From the NCBI GenBank assembly GCA_049302065.1, contig JBAQLU010000202.1, positions 254 to 64,253 on the forward strand: a DNA stretch of 64,000 nt, given 5' to 3'. Below are positions 56,053-64,000 of this stretch, piece by piece. Within the stretch, counting starts at the first letter, position 1, and each line of letters begins with the position of its first letter. Position numbers and translations under genes: made by a program. Under the pieces are notes generated by a model. It made no database searches, had not been told where the DNA came from, and worked only from the letters and a program-made list of their open reading frames with translations. This stretch comes from Thermodesulfovibrionales bacterium. Its GTDB lineage: Bacteria > Nitrospirota > Thermodesulfovibrionia > Thermodesulfovibrionales > SM23-35.

Positions 56053-56371
56053 AATACCTCCTTGTCAGAAACATTGTTTAGGTACATTAATAAAATAAAG
56101 CACTTGCTAATATTATTATAAAGAATAAAACACAAATGTAAAGCAATATTTTTAGTTAAATTATCTGTTTGAATGTTTTTATCGAAAGTATTTTGTGAAA
56201 TAAATTGGCATGTTGGAAGGATACACAGCTTTTATCATATTTATTCTAATTAATTTAATTTCAATAAACAGAATAAATGATAATTATCTTATGCTTAATT
56301 ATTATAGTGGGTATAAAAGAAGTGATTTTTACAATCTAATGAAACTAAAGTGTAAAAAGGCGGAGAAAAAA

Positions 56372-57127
56372 CTAAGAAGATTTGTCGATCAGAGCTATTA
56401 AGGAATCGGCATCTTTGGAGCCGGGGATAACAAGACCATTCGGAAGAATAATTGCCGGGGTGCCTCTTATACCGAGTTTTTCAGCAAGCTTTATATTTTC
56501 ATCAAGTGCAGATGTCTCACACTTTGGCGCAGGTAAAGTTTTCTTTGCAAAAGCATCCTCAAGGAGGGCAAGGGATTTTTCACATACGATTGTTTTAGAT
56601 TTCTCATATGCACCTTTGTGCATTGGCAACGGATATAATTTTATAAAAAAGGCAATATCTTTTCTTTTCTCTATGACCTTCTTCATCTCCTGATGAAGTT
56701 TTTCACAGTAGGGTCAGTCAGGGTCATCGAAGACAATGACACGATACTTCGCATCCTTATCTCCTAATACAAGGGCGTCATCGAGTGGAATTGATGACAC
56801 ATCTACTTTATTAAGTTCGCTGGTTCTCTCCTGTGTTAAATTTGTTTTTGTCTTCAAGTCTAGAACAGAACCAAAAACAGCGAAATTCCTGGAAGAATCA
56901 AGATAAATTATCCCTTTCTGGCCTTTTGCTTCTACAGCGATCTCCCATAATCCCTGAATCTTTGCCGGACGAACCTCGAGAATCTTTACATCAGGGATTA
57001 CGTCCTTTAGTGCATTTTGCGCATCTTCATTTGTTATCTTCGCACTCTCTTCTGCACCAAATACGTAAGGAATATTTGAGATTATGGCTGTAGTTGCCAG
57101 GAGAAGAATAATAAGTAATTTTTGCAT
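56372..57127 (-). CDS. DsbC/DsbG-like periplasmic thiol:disulfide interchange protein with an in-frame TGA (putative Sec) giving a UxxC redox motif
   Basis: Track ORFs 56714..57184 and 56372..56686 share a frame. Read-through gives VIVFDDPD-[TGA]-PYCEKLHQEM, which is the CxxC position of DsbC/G. Signal peptide MQKLLIILLLATTAIISNIPYVFG starts at 57127. Confidence 0.7.
56681..56698 (-). other. SECIS-like hairpin 15 nt downstream of the in-frame TGA
   Basis: mRNA sequence CUUCAUC-AGGA-GAUGAAG, a perfect 7-bp stem with a G-containing tetraloop. Confidence 0.5.
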
Positions 57128-57202
57128 TGAGTAGTATAACATACTTCTATAATAAAAAGTAAATAAAAATTTCATGAACATCAATTTGTATAAATAGTTT
57201 GA

Positions 57203-58264
57203 TCAAAGTTCCTTGAGCCTTTCAGTCTGGTAATGGGTAATCAGGCTTTCCAGTATCTCATCAATGTCTCCCTCAAGCACGCGGTCAAGTTTATGAAGTG
57301 TAAAGCCAATCCTGTGGTCAGTAACGCGGTTCTGGGGGAAATTGTATGTCCTTATCTTTTCACTCCTGTCTCCTGAGCCTACCTGTGATTTCCTATCTGA
57401 TGCCCTCTCTTTTTCCTGCCTTTCCATCTCGATCTCATAAAGCCTTGAACGGAGAACCTTCATGGCTTTTTCCCTATTCTTGATCTGTGAGCGTTCGTCC
57501 TGGCACTGGACAACCAGTCCTGTAGGGACATGGACAATCCTGACAGCAGAATATGTGGTGTTAACCCCCTGTCCACCGGGACCTGAGGAGCAGAATGTAT
57601 CTACTCTCAGATCTTTTTCTTCAACCTTGATGTCAACCTCCTGGGCTTCGGGCAGGACAGCAACTGTTGCTGCAGATGTATGAATCCTTCCGGAGGCTTC
57701 TGTGACAGGTACCCGCTGAACTCTGTGAACGCCGCTTTCATACTTGAGCCTGCTGTATGCGTTTTTACCTAATATTGAAATTATTACTTCCTTGATCCCC
57801 CCAAGGCCTGTTGAGTTAAGATCAATTGTCTCAATCTTCCATCTTCTTTGTTCAGCGTATTTCATATACATGCGAAGGAGCTCTGCTGCAAAGAGGGCAG
57901 CTTCTTCACCGCCGGTGCCTGCCCGTATCTCAAGTATTACATTCTTTTCATCACGGGGATCTTTTGGAAGCAGCATTAGCTTGAGTTCTTCTTCTATCCC
58001 GGGTTTTTTCTCTCTGAGTTCATGAAGTTCTGCCTCTGCAAGTTCACGCAGGTCTCCGTCACCACTTTTCAGGATATCTTCTGCGCCTTCAATATCAGAG
58101 AGGAGCTTGTTGTATTCCCTTATCTTCCCGACAAGCGGCAGAAGATCAGACTGTTCTTTTGCATATTTCTGGAGTTCAGAGGGTTTTGAGAAGATCTCCG
58201 GTTCCATCAGCAGTCTCGTCAATTCTTCATATTTGTTTTCTATGGTTTTAAGTTTCTCAAACAT
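57203..58264 (-). CDS. prfA: Peptide chain release factor 1
   Basis: PVT tripeptide ([14 protein letters not shown]) and a GGQ motif ([10 protein letters not shown]). The start is probably [12 protein letters not shown] at 58264; the track gives 58282. Confidence 0.92.
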   Translation of the reverse strand: MFEKLKTIENKYEELTRLLMEPEIFSKPSELQKYAKEQSDLLPLVGKIREYNKLLSDIEGAEDILKSGDGDLRELAEAELHELREKKPGIEEELKLMLLPKDPRDEKNVILEIRAGTGGEEAALFAAELLRMYMKYAEQRRWKIETIDLNSTGLGGIKEVIISILGKNAYSRLKYESGVHRVQRVPVTEASGRIHTSAATVAVLPEAQEVDIKVEEKDLRVDTFCSSGPGGQGVNTTYSAVRIVHVPTGLVVQCQDERSQIKNREKAMKVLRSRLYEIEMERQEKERASDRKSQVGSGDRSEKIRTYNFPQNRVTDHRIGFTLHKLDRVLEGDIDEILESLITHYQTERLKEL

Positions 58265-59135
58265 TTGCGTCCTCAAGTACAAGAACTTCTTCGAGCGCTT
58301 TAATAGCTACCTCGATCTGCGCTTCGTCAGGCTCTCTTGTTGTGAGCCGCTGCAGGAATAAACCGGGCTGTATTAATATATGCATAATCTGATTATGTTT
58401 CATCTTTGCAGAGAGTCTAAGAAATTCATATGAGAGTCCGGCAATCAAAGGAATGAGGACGAGCCTTGAAAGGAATTTATAAATGAACGACCATGACTGC
58501 GGAATAAATGAAAATGTAAAAATACTTATGACCATAACAATAAGAAGAAAACTCGTTCCGCAGCGGGGATGCAGGGGGCTGTAATCTTTTATATTCTTTA
58601 ACGTCAGTTCTTTCCCATTCTCATAAGCATGGATTACCTTGTGCTCAGCGCCGTGGTACTCGAATATCCTCCTCATTTCTTTCCACGTGCCGATTGCAAT
58701 AATATAGAGCAGAAAAATGAATACCCTGATGATGCCGTCAACAAGATTGAACATGAATGAGCTTGTTGCTACAGATGCAAATACAGCTCCGAGGAGTTTT
58801 GTTGCATACAGCGGGAGGAGTATAAACAGGGCTATCCCTATAATAATGGATAAACCGATAGTAGCAGTGATCGCAACAGGACTTAAAGGTTTTCCTTCTT
58901 CCTCTTCATACGCCTTGTTTGCCGAAAATTCAATCGCCTTAATGCCAATAAACATAGCGTGAAACAGGGCAATAAAACCCCTTACTATGGGGAGAAGTAG
59001 AATCTTCGGAAGTTCTGACAGCTTCTCCTTTTTTACGTGGATTTCCCCTTTAGGGCCCCGGACTGCAACTGTCCAGCCCTTTTTGCCCTTCATCATGACA
59101 CCTTCAATAACTGCCTGTCCGCCTACGTTTTTCAT
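58257..59135 (-). CDS. DUF1385-family membrane protein
   Basis: [15 protein letters not shown]-terminus and [13 protein letters not shown] motif. Classic position upstream of prfA. Confidence 0.85.
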   Translation of the reverse strand: MKNVGGQAVIEGVMMKGKKGWTVAVRGPKGEIHVKKEKLSELPKILLLPIVRGFIALFHAMFIGIKAIEFSANKAYEEEEGKPLSPVAITATIGLSIIIGIALFILLPLYATKLLGAVFASVATSSFMFNLVDGIIRVFIFLLYIIAIGTWKEMRRIFEYHGAEHKVIHAYENGKELTLKNIKDYSPLHPRCGTSFLLIVMVISIFTFSFIPQSWSFIYKFLSRLVLIPLIAGLSYEFLRLSAKMKHNQIMHILIQPGLFLQRLTTREPDEAQIEVAIKALEEVLVLEDANV

Positions 59136-59146
59136 ATCAAATTCTA

Positions 59147-59345
59147 AACCACAGAGAACACAGAGGAAAAATTAGGTAATTTGAAAACCCCTGATAGTTT
59201 TGAGTATCGTCCTATGTTCTCAACAGAATCGATGCGTAATATACTATTCATTGAGTAAAAAACAATGAGTTCACCGGGTAGAAGATGTAAGGATATCTTA
59301 TTGATTCCACGAGGTATAGTTTTTTACTCTGTGTGCTCTGTGGTT
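59147..59345. repeat. About 200-bp element bounded by 17-19-bp inverted repeats (MITE-like)
   Basis: AACCACAGAGAACACAGAG (59147-59165) versus CTCTGTGTGCTCTGTGGTT (59327-59345), with 1 mismatch. AT-rich, non-coding interior. Confidence 0.5.
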
Positions 59346-59372
59346 AATCGCCTTTCTCTTATCTCGTTATTC

Positions 59373-59411
59373 AAAAAAAAGCCGTTAGCCATAAAACAAT
59401 AGACTAACGAC
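59373..59411 (-). terminator. Rho-independent terminator of rpmE
   Basis: The minus strand reads GTCGTTAG-loop-CTAACGGC followed by T8. It begins 19 nt after the stop. Confidence 0.55.
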
Positions 59412-59429
59412 TATTCCCTGTTAGCGTAT

Positions 59430-59651
59430 CTACTTTTTGGTGCGCGCAGCTTCAGCCTTTGCGTACTTTCTCTTGAACTTCTCTACTCTTCCTTCAGCGT
59501 CAACGATCTTCTGTTTCCCTGTGAAAAACGGATGACACTTAGAGCAGATATCTACCTGGATCTGCTGCCTTGTTGACTTTGTTGTGAATTTCTCACCGCA
59601 GGCACAGACAACCACCGTTTCTTTATATGCTGGATGAATACCTTCTTTCAA
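59430..59651 (-). CDS. rpmE: 50S ribosomal protein L31
   Basis: [27 protein letters not shown]...[13 protein letters not shown]. Confidence 0.95.
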   Translation of the reverse strand: MKEGIHPAYKETVVVCACGEKFTTKSTRQQIQVDICSKCHPFFTGKQKIVDAEGRVEKFKRKYAKAEAARTKK

Positions 59652-59833
59652 ACTGAACCTCCTTAGAATTAGGTTGAACTATATATTAATAAATTGAATA
59701 TATTTTTCGCAAGATACCTTGTAGGAAAAGATTATAGCTGGTATTATTTAGAGTATGAATATACCAGAACTGCTTGAAATAATAAAGAAAACCGAATCTG
59801 CCATAGGATATCGAAGAAGAAAAGAAAAATTCC

Positions 59834-60250
59834 ATGAAGAGTTATCGTAAAGAATTGTGGTTCAATGTTCCGGCACGCCGGGCTTTTATCAATATTACTC
59901 CTGAGGTAGAGAAGTGTCTCAGGGAAAGTGATATTAAGGAGGGGTTAATCCTTGTCAATGCCATGCATATAACCGCATCTGTTTTTATAAACGATGATGA
60001 ATCAGGACTTCACCATGATTATGATATCTGGCTTGAGAAACTCGCACCCCATGAACCGGTTTCTCAATACCGTCATAACGTTGGAGAGGATAATGCCGAT
60101 GCCCATATGAAGCGCCAGATCATGGGCAGGGAGGTTGTGGTTGCTATCACAAATGGAAAACTCGACTTCGGCCCATGGGAGCAGATATTTTACGGTGAAT
60201 TTGACGGCAGACGGAAAAAGAGGGTGCTTGTGAAGATAATCGGGGAATGA
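59834..60250 (+). CDS. YjbQ/UPF0047-family protein (secondary thiamine-phosphate synthase family)
   Basis: 138 aa with [34 protein letters not shown] and [16 protein letters not shown] blocks. Confidence 0.85.
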   Translation: MKSYRKELWFNVPARRAFINITPEVEKCLRESDIKEGLILVNAMHITASVFINDDESGLHHDYDIWLEKLAPHEPVSQYRHNVGEDNADAHMKRQIMGREVVVAITNGKLDFGPWEQIFYGEFDGRRKKRVLVKIIGE

Positions 60251-60346
60251 AGTTTGCGTTGCTTCCTTCATGTAAGCTTCCTGAATAAATTTGCTAAAAT
60301 AGTAAATATTTCAACTAATAATCAATGAGCGTAAAGGAGTAGCGAT

Positions 60347-60478
60347 ATGGTGAAAAAATTAATTTTAGCAGTCTTAATCATTATTCATTTGACAGCATTA
60401 ACAGGTTGCCACACATTTCATGGAGTAGGGCAGGATATAGAAAGTGCTGGAGAGTCGATTCAAAAAGCTACTGATTAA
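60347..60478 (+). CDS. Entericidin-type small lipoprotein (43 aa)
   Basis: Not in the ORF track. AAAGGAG SD. MVKKLILAVLIIIHLTALTGC has the LTGC lipobox, followed by HTFHGVGQDIESAGESIQKATD, typical of EcnA/B. Confidence 0.7.
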   Translation: MVKKLILAVLIIIHLTALTGCHTFHGVGQDIESAGESIQKATD

Positions 60479-60543
60479 AAAATAAAGGCTATTCAATAAC
60501 TATTATTTTTTAAAGATTATTAATAAACTACAGCGTATTTTTT

Positions 60544-60619
60544 GTCATTCCCGAAGTTCGTAATCGGGAATCCATAGTTTTTAATGCTTTCTGGATTCCG
60601 GATCAAGTCCGGAATGACG
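60544..60619. repeat. About 76-bp MITE-like repeat bounded by GTCATTCC ... GGAATGAC
   Basis: GTCATTCCCGAAGTTCGTAATCGGGAATCC ... GGATTCCGGATCAAGTCCGGAATGAC. Confidence 0.6.
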
Positions 60620-60684
60620 ACTAAAAGCCATTGATTAGCGGTTTTTATTGAAAAGTTCGTTGTAGTGATAAATATAATCGTGAT

Positions 60685-61731
60685 ATGAAAAAACTTGCTA
60701 TCACAATGGGAGACCCGGGAGGGGTAGGGCCGGAGATAATTGTAAAGGCACTGAACTCTCCTGAGGTAAAAAATCTTTGTGTCCCAATAGTTATTGGGGA
60801 TGCATCTGTAATAGAAGAAGCGTTAAAGCTTTGCAAAAGCCCTCTGAGTTTACGGATTATCAGATCACCGGAAGAAGCAATTACAACTAAAGGACTTATA
60901 AATTTTATTCATGTACCGCCGCCTCACCCTCCTTTTCCGCACTCGGGCGGATTCGCTGAGGCGAAACAAAAGTGGGGAAAGGAAAAATCCAAAGTTGAAA
61001 CTTTTAAGAAGAATAAACCTACTGCAGAGGGTGGCAGGGCTTGCGTGGGCTATATAAGAAAGGCCGCTAAGTTTGCGTTGAGCAAGCAGGTTGATGGCAT
61101 GGTTACTGCTCCGATATCGAAGGAAGCTTTAAAAATGGCTGGTTTAAAATGGCCGGGGCACACAGAGATGCTTGCTGATCTCACCAGAACAAGGGATTAT
61201 GCAATGATGCTTGTTGGCGGGCCTTTGAGGGTTATTCTTGTCACCATTCATACTGCATTAAAGAATGTACCTGATCTGATTACCAAACAAAAAATAGCAA
61301 AAACACTCCATCTTGCTCAAAGGGCATGTGACATGCTCAGGATTAAAAAGCCAAAGATTGCTGTTGCAGGGCTGAATCCTCATGCTGGAGAGGCAGGAAT
61401 ATTCGGAGATGAGGAAATAAAAAAAATTATTCCAGCAATCAGACAAGCAATGAATGAAGGCATTCCTGTCTCTGGCCCTTATCCGCCGGACACTATTTTC
61501 CATAAGGCATATAAAGGTGAAGTGGATATCATTGTCTGCATGTATCATGACCAGGGATTGATTCCCTTGAAGATGATTGCCTTTGATAAAGGTGTGAATG
61601 TTACAGTCGGCCTGCCTTTTATCCGTACTTCACCAGACCACGGGACAGCATATGATATAGCATGGAAGGGTATTGCAGATCCATCGAGCATGAGTGAGGC
61701 GATAAAACTGGCGGTAAAGTTAAAGGCATAG
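60685..61731 (+). CDS. pdxA: 4-hydroxythreonine-4-phosphate dehydrogenase, with a ~29-aa in-frame insertion
   Basis: GDPGGVGPEI, TAPISKEA, GHTEML, NPHAGE and FIRTSPDHGTA blocks. The segment PPPHPPFPHSGGFAEAKQKWGKEKSKVET has no counterpart in the PdxA sequences I recall. Confidence 0.88.
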   Translation: MKKLAITMGDPGGVGPEIIVKALNSPEVKNLCVPIVIGDASVIEEALKLCKSPLSLRIIRSPEEAITTKGLINFIHVPPPHPPFPHSGGFAEAKQKWGKEKSKVETFKKNKPTAEGGRACVGYIRKAAKFALSKQVDGMVTAPISKEALKMAGLKWPGHTEMLADLTRTRDYAMMLVGGPLRVILVTIHTALKNVPDLITKQKIAKTLHLAQRACDMLRIKKPKIAVAGLNPHAGEAGIFGDEEIKKIIPAIRQAMNEGIPVSGPYPPDTIFHKAYKGEVDIIVCMYHDQGLIPLKMIAFDKGVNVTVGLPFIRTSPDHGTAYDIAWKGIADPSSMSEAIKLAVKLKA

Positions 61732-61757
61732 TAAGGAAAGGGATACACACCCCTGCA

Positions 61758-61773
61758 CCCCTCTCAAGAGGGG
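61758..61773. repeat. CCCCTCT-CA-AGAGGGG hairpin repeat after pdxA
   Basis: Same stem as 5371-5388. Confidence 0.5.
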
Positions 61774-61907
61774 ACTAAGAAAGATTCCGGACCCTCCACA
61801 CAGACGGCCGGACAAGCAAGCCGGACAACGACAAACCAAGACTTTATGGACAGGCTCATATTAACCATTTTTTATAAATGTTATGATAACTGGAATATTG
61901 TCATAAA

Positions 61908-63134
61908 ATGGGCCTGAATAAAAAACATATTATCAGTTGGACACTCTTTGATTTTGCAAACTCGAGCTACTCTGCTGTAATAATTGCTGTTGTATTCCCT
62001 GTATATTACGCCAATGTTATTGTTGGAAATGATGCAGGCATTGGAGACTTGTGGTGGGGAAGGGCTATATCAGTCAGTATGGCGGTTGTTGCCTTAAGTT
62101 CACCTTTCCTTGGCGGTATATCAGATTATGGAGGCCTCAGAAAAAAATTCCTGTTCCTCTATACCGCTTTAAGTGTAAGCGCAATCGCGAGTCTCTTCAT
62201 TCTTGAAAAAGGAATGGTCGTGGAAGGATTCATGTTGATTGTCGCTGCTAACATCGGCATGGAAGGAGGTCTTGTCTTCTACAACTCTTTCCTGCCGCGG
62301 ATAGCGCCTCGTGAATATCAGGGCAGGGTCTCTGCCTGGGGATTCATGGTCGGTTATGCAGGCTCTATCTTATCGCTCCTGATAGCCATCCCGTTAGTGA
62401 AGGCAGGTCAATTTAAGGTAACATGGGTTATGGTTGCTTTTTTCTTTGCGATTTGCTCTTTGCCAGCCTTTGCTTTTTTACCTGCAGACAGAAGGACAAA
62501 TCTCTCAATGGTTCATTCAGCAATGATGGGTCTTCGATATACCACAAAAACTCTGAAGGAAATATGGAAAAGAACAGAGCCGAGAAAGTTTTTGTTTTCT
62601 TATCTTATATATGAAGACGGAGTAAACACTGTAATAGTATTTTCAAGCATATTTGCGGCTACTACCCTTGGATTCAAACCGCAGGAGTTGATTTTTCTTT
62701 ATCTTGTTGTTCAGTCAACAGCCCTTCTGGGTTCTTTGGTCATGGCGAAACCAATTGATTCCTGGGGACCGAAAAAGGTTGTTGTACTGTCACTCCTCAT
62801 GTGGTCATCTGTTGCAATTCTTGCCTTCTTTATTCAGACAAAAACCCATTTCTGGATGCTTGCTTCATTGGCTGGACTTGGACTTGGAACAGTCCAGGCA
62901 GCTTCACGGGCATTTTATACCCAGTTTATCCCGGAAGGAAGGGAAGCCGAATATTTTGGCGTTTATTCTTTGGTTGGTAAATCATCTGCTATTCTCGGGC
63001 CATTGGTCTTTGGGTATATATCGACAACATTTGGCAGTCAAAGGCCTGCTATACTTTCAGTAGCTGCATTTTTTCTCATTGGTTTAGTAATCCTGAAATT
63101 TGTGAGAGGAGGCGGACCGAACGTTAAGACCTGA
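61908..63134 (+). CDS. MFS transporter (UMF1/Atg22-like subgroup)
   Basis: 408 aa, about 12 hydrophobic helices. WTLFDFANSSYS N-terminal motif. Confidence 0.8.
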   Translation: MGLNKKHIISWTLFDFANSSYSAVIIAVVFPVYYANVIVGNDAGIGDLWWGRAISVSMAVVALSSPFLGGISDYGGLRKKFLFLYTALSVSAIASLFILEKGMVVEGFMLIVAANIGMEGGLVFYNSFLPRIAPREYQGRVSAWGFMVGYAGSILSLLIAIPLVKAGQFKVTWVMVAFFFAICSLPAFAFLPADRRTNLSMVHSAMMGLRYTTKTLKEIWKRTEPRKFLFSYLIYEDGVNTVIVFSSIFAATTLGFKPQELIFLYLVVQSTALLGSLVMAKPIDSWGPKKVVVLSLLMWSSVAILAFFIQTKTHFWMLASLAGLGLGTVQAASRAFYTQFIPEGREAEYFGVYSLVGKSSAILGPLVFGYISTTFGSQRPAILSVAAFFLIGLVILKFVRGGGPNVKT

Positions 63135-63154
63135 ATTGGATAATCTTTGTAGCC

Positions 63155-63197
63155 GCAGGCTTCCCGCCTCGGCGGGTCGCCCGAGGAGACAGCCTGC
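63155..63197. repeat. GC-rich nested hairpin element
   Basis: GCAGGCT...AGCCTGC outer stem enclosing CCCGCC-tc-GGCGGG / CCTCGG...CCGAGG. Sharply GC-rich in an AT-rich spacer. Confidence 0.45.
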
Positions 63198-63233
63198 GTT
63201 TCAATGGAAATCAAAGAAAGATAAAATTATCAA

Positions 63234-63995
63234 ATGGCAAAAAAACATCTTGGACAACACTTTCTTTATGATCCTTCAATAATCGAAAGGATTATTGAGG
63301 CTGCACAGCTTGATCCTGAGGATCTTGTCGTTGAGATAGGGCCTGGACCGGGTAAAATGACAAGGGTACTATCTGGAAAGGCAGAACAGGTCATTGCAAT
63401 TGAACTTGACGACAAATTGTATGAAAAATTAAAGACCGGACTTGCCGGTTACAATAATATCCAGCTAATACATGGAGATGCCCTTGAATATCCTTACGAG
63501 AACCTTCCTGAGTTCAAGGTTGTTGCGAATATACCTTACTATATTACTACTCCCATTATCTTCAAACTCCTCGATGCAAGAAAATACCTCAGGACCATAA
63601 CTCTGACTGTCCAGAAAGAGATTGCTGAGAGAATAGTGGCAGGGCCTGGTGGCAAAGATTACGGTGTGCTTTCGATCATGGTTCAGTATTATGCAAAACC
63701 AAGCCTTAAATTCATGATACCTAAAGAGGCATTCAGACCGGTTCCAAAGGTTGACTCTGCTGTTGTTCATATTAGAATCCTTAAGGAACCTTCTGTTTAT
63801 GTGAAAGATCAGGAATTTTTCTTCAAGGTGGTAAAAACTGCTTTCTCCCAAAGACGAAAAATGATCTCAAATTCACTAAAGAGTATAAGGTTAGATGTTA
63901 CTGAATGGCTGGATAAGGCGGGAATAGATCCGCAGAGAAGACCTGAGACACTGAGTATCGAGGAATTTGCACGTCTTGCGGATATGCCTCTTTGA
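63234..63995 (+). CDS. rsmA: 16S rRNA (adenine1518/1519-N6)-dimethyltransferase
   Basis: LGQHFL, VVEIGPGPGKMT and ANIPYYITTP. pdxA-rsmA linkage is conserved in many bacteria. Confidence 0.92.
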   Translation: MAKKHLGQHFLYDPSIIERIIEAAQLDPEDLVVEIGPGPGKMTRVLSGKAEQVIAIELDDKLYEKLKTGLAGYNNIQLIHGDALEYPYENLPEFKVVANIPYYITTPIIFKLLDARKYLRTITLTVQKEIAERIVAGPGGKDYGVLSIMVQYYAKPSLKFMIPKEAFRPVPKVDSAVVHIRILKEPSVYVKDQEFFFKVVKTAFSQRRKMISNSLKSIRLDVTEWLDKAGIDPQRRPETLSIEEFARLADMPL

Positions 63996-64000
63996 AAGCA

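Noticed and set aside
56210-56401. 63-aa plus-strand ORF in an AT-rich spacer
   Set aside because: Asn/Ile/Tyr-rich translation of AT-rich promoter DNA that overlaps the 3' end of the DsbC-like gene. No SD.
1-64000. CRISPR arrays, rRNA, tRNA, integrase/transposase genes
   Set aside because: I scanned the intergenic regions by eye and found no regularly spaced direct repeats, no tRNA-like cloverleaf signatures (for example GGTTCGAATCC-type T-arms) and no recombinase-like ORFs. A tRNAscan/Infernal run would be needed to be certain.

Overview
AT-rich chromosomal segment from an anaerobe; the taxon cannot be fixed from this window alone. No rRNA, tRNA or CRISPR array was seen. The gene content points to sigma54-dependent regulation, selenocysteine use and a sulfate/sulfur-reducer-style membrane redox complex.

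Layout, left to right:
- 0.1-4 kb: a secreted protein, an O-methyltransferase, and a leaderless TrmO-like gene translationally coupled to a PAS-type sigma54 activator.
- 4-12.5 kb: an Fe-S/metallocluster region holding Mrp/ApbC, an FmdB zinc ribbon, an MBL-fold protein, a radical-SAM protein, three NifX-like proteins, DUF5320, a MinD-ferredoxin ATPase, DUF134, a CGGC protein and an orphan hydrogenase protease. Two near-identical sigma54 promoters with matching upstream palindromes head this region. A decayed ORF6N pseudogene interrupts it.
- 12.5-17.4 kb: a peptidoglycan-recycling pair (NamZ plus a nucleotidyltransferase-kinase fusion), then OsmC, an MBL hydrolase and an OsmC fragment.
- 17.7-25.7 kb: TusA, a cytoplasmic PD40-like repeat protein and an Hmc-type complex in dsrMKJOP-like order. 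Its HdrD-like subunit is interrupted by an in-frame TGA followed by a SECIS-like hairpin.
- 26.5-28.8 kb: ilvBN.
- about 28.9-42.4 kb: a visibly GC-richer island carrying a type I R-M operon (hsdM, fic, hsdS, hsdR, DUF45 peptidase). The operon also holds a kinase / small protein / zinc-ribbon cassette, a Bro-N gene and a duplicated hsdR 5' fragment.
- 42.5-48.8 kb: LPS heptosyltransferases, a Usp protein and a P-type ATPase.
- 48.8-56 kb: an uncharacterised seven-gene envelope/hydrolase cluster.
- 56.4-64 kb: a second TGA-interrupted gene (DsbC/G-like with a UxxC motif), then prfA, a DUF1385 gene, rpmE, a YjbQ-family gene, pdxA, an MFS transporter gene and rsmA.

Several families of short hairpin or MITE-like repeats are scattered through the window. 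Two copies sit in-frame inside coding genes.

The best candidates for something new are the kinase cassette inside the R-M operon and the sigma54/DUF134-wired NifX-like cluster.
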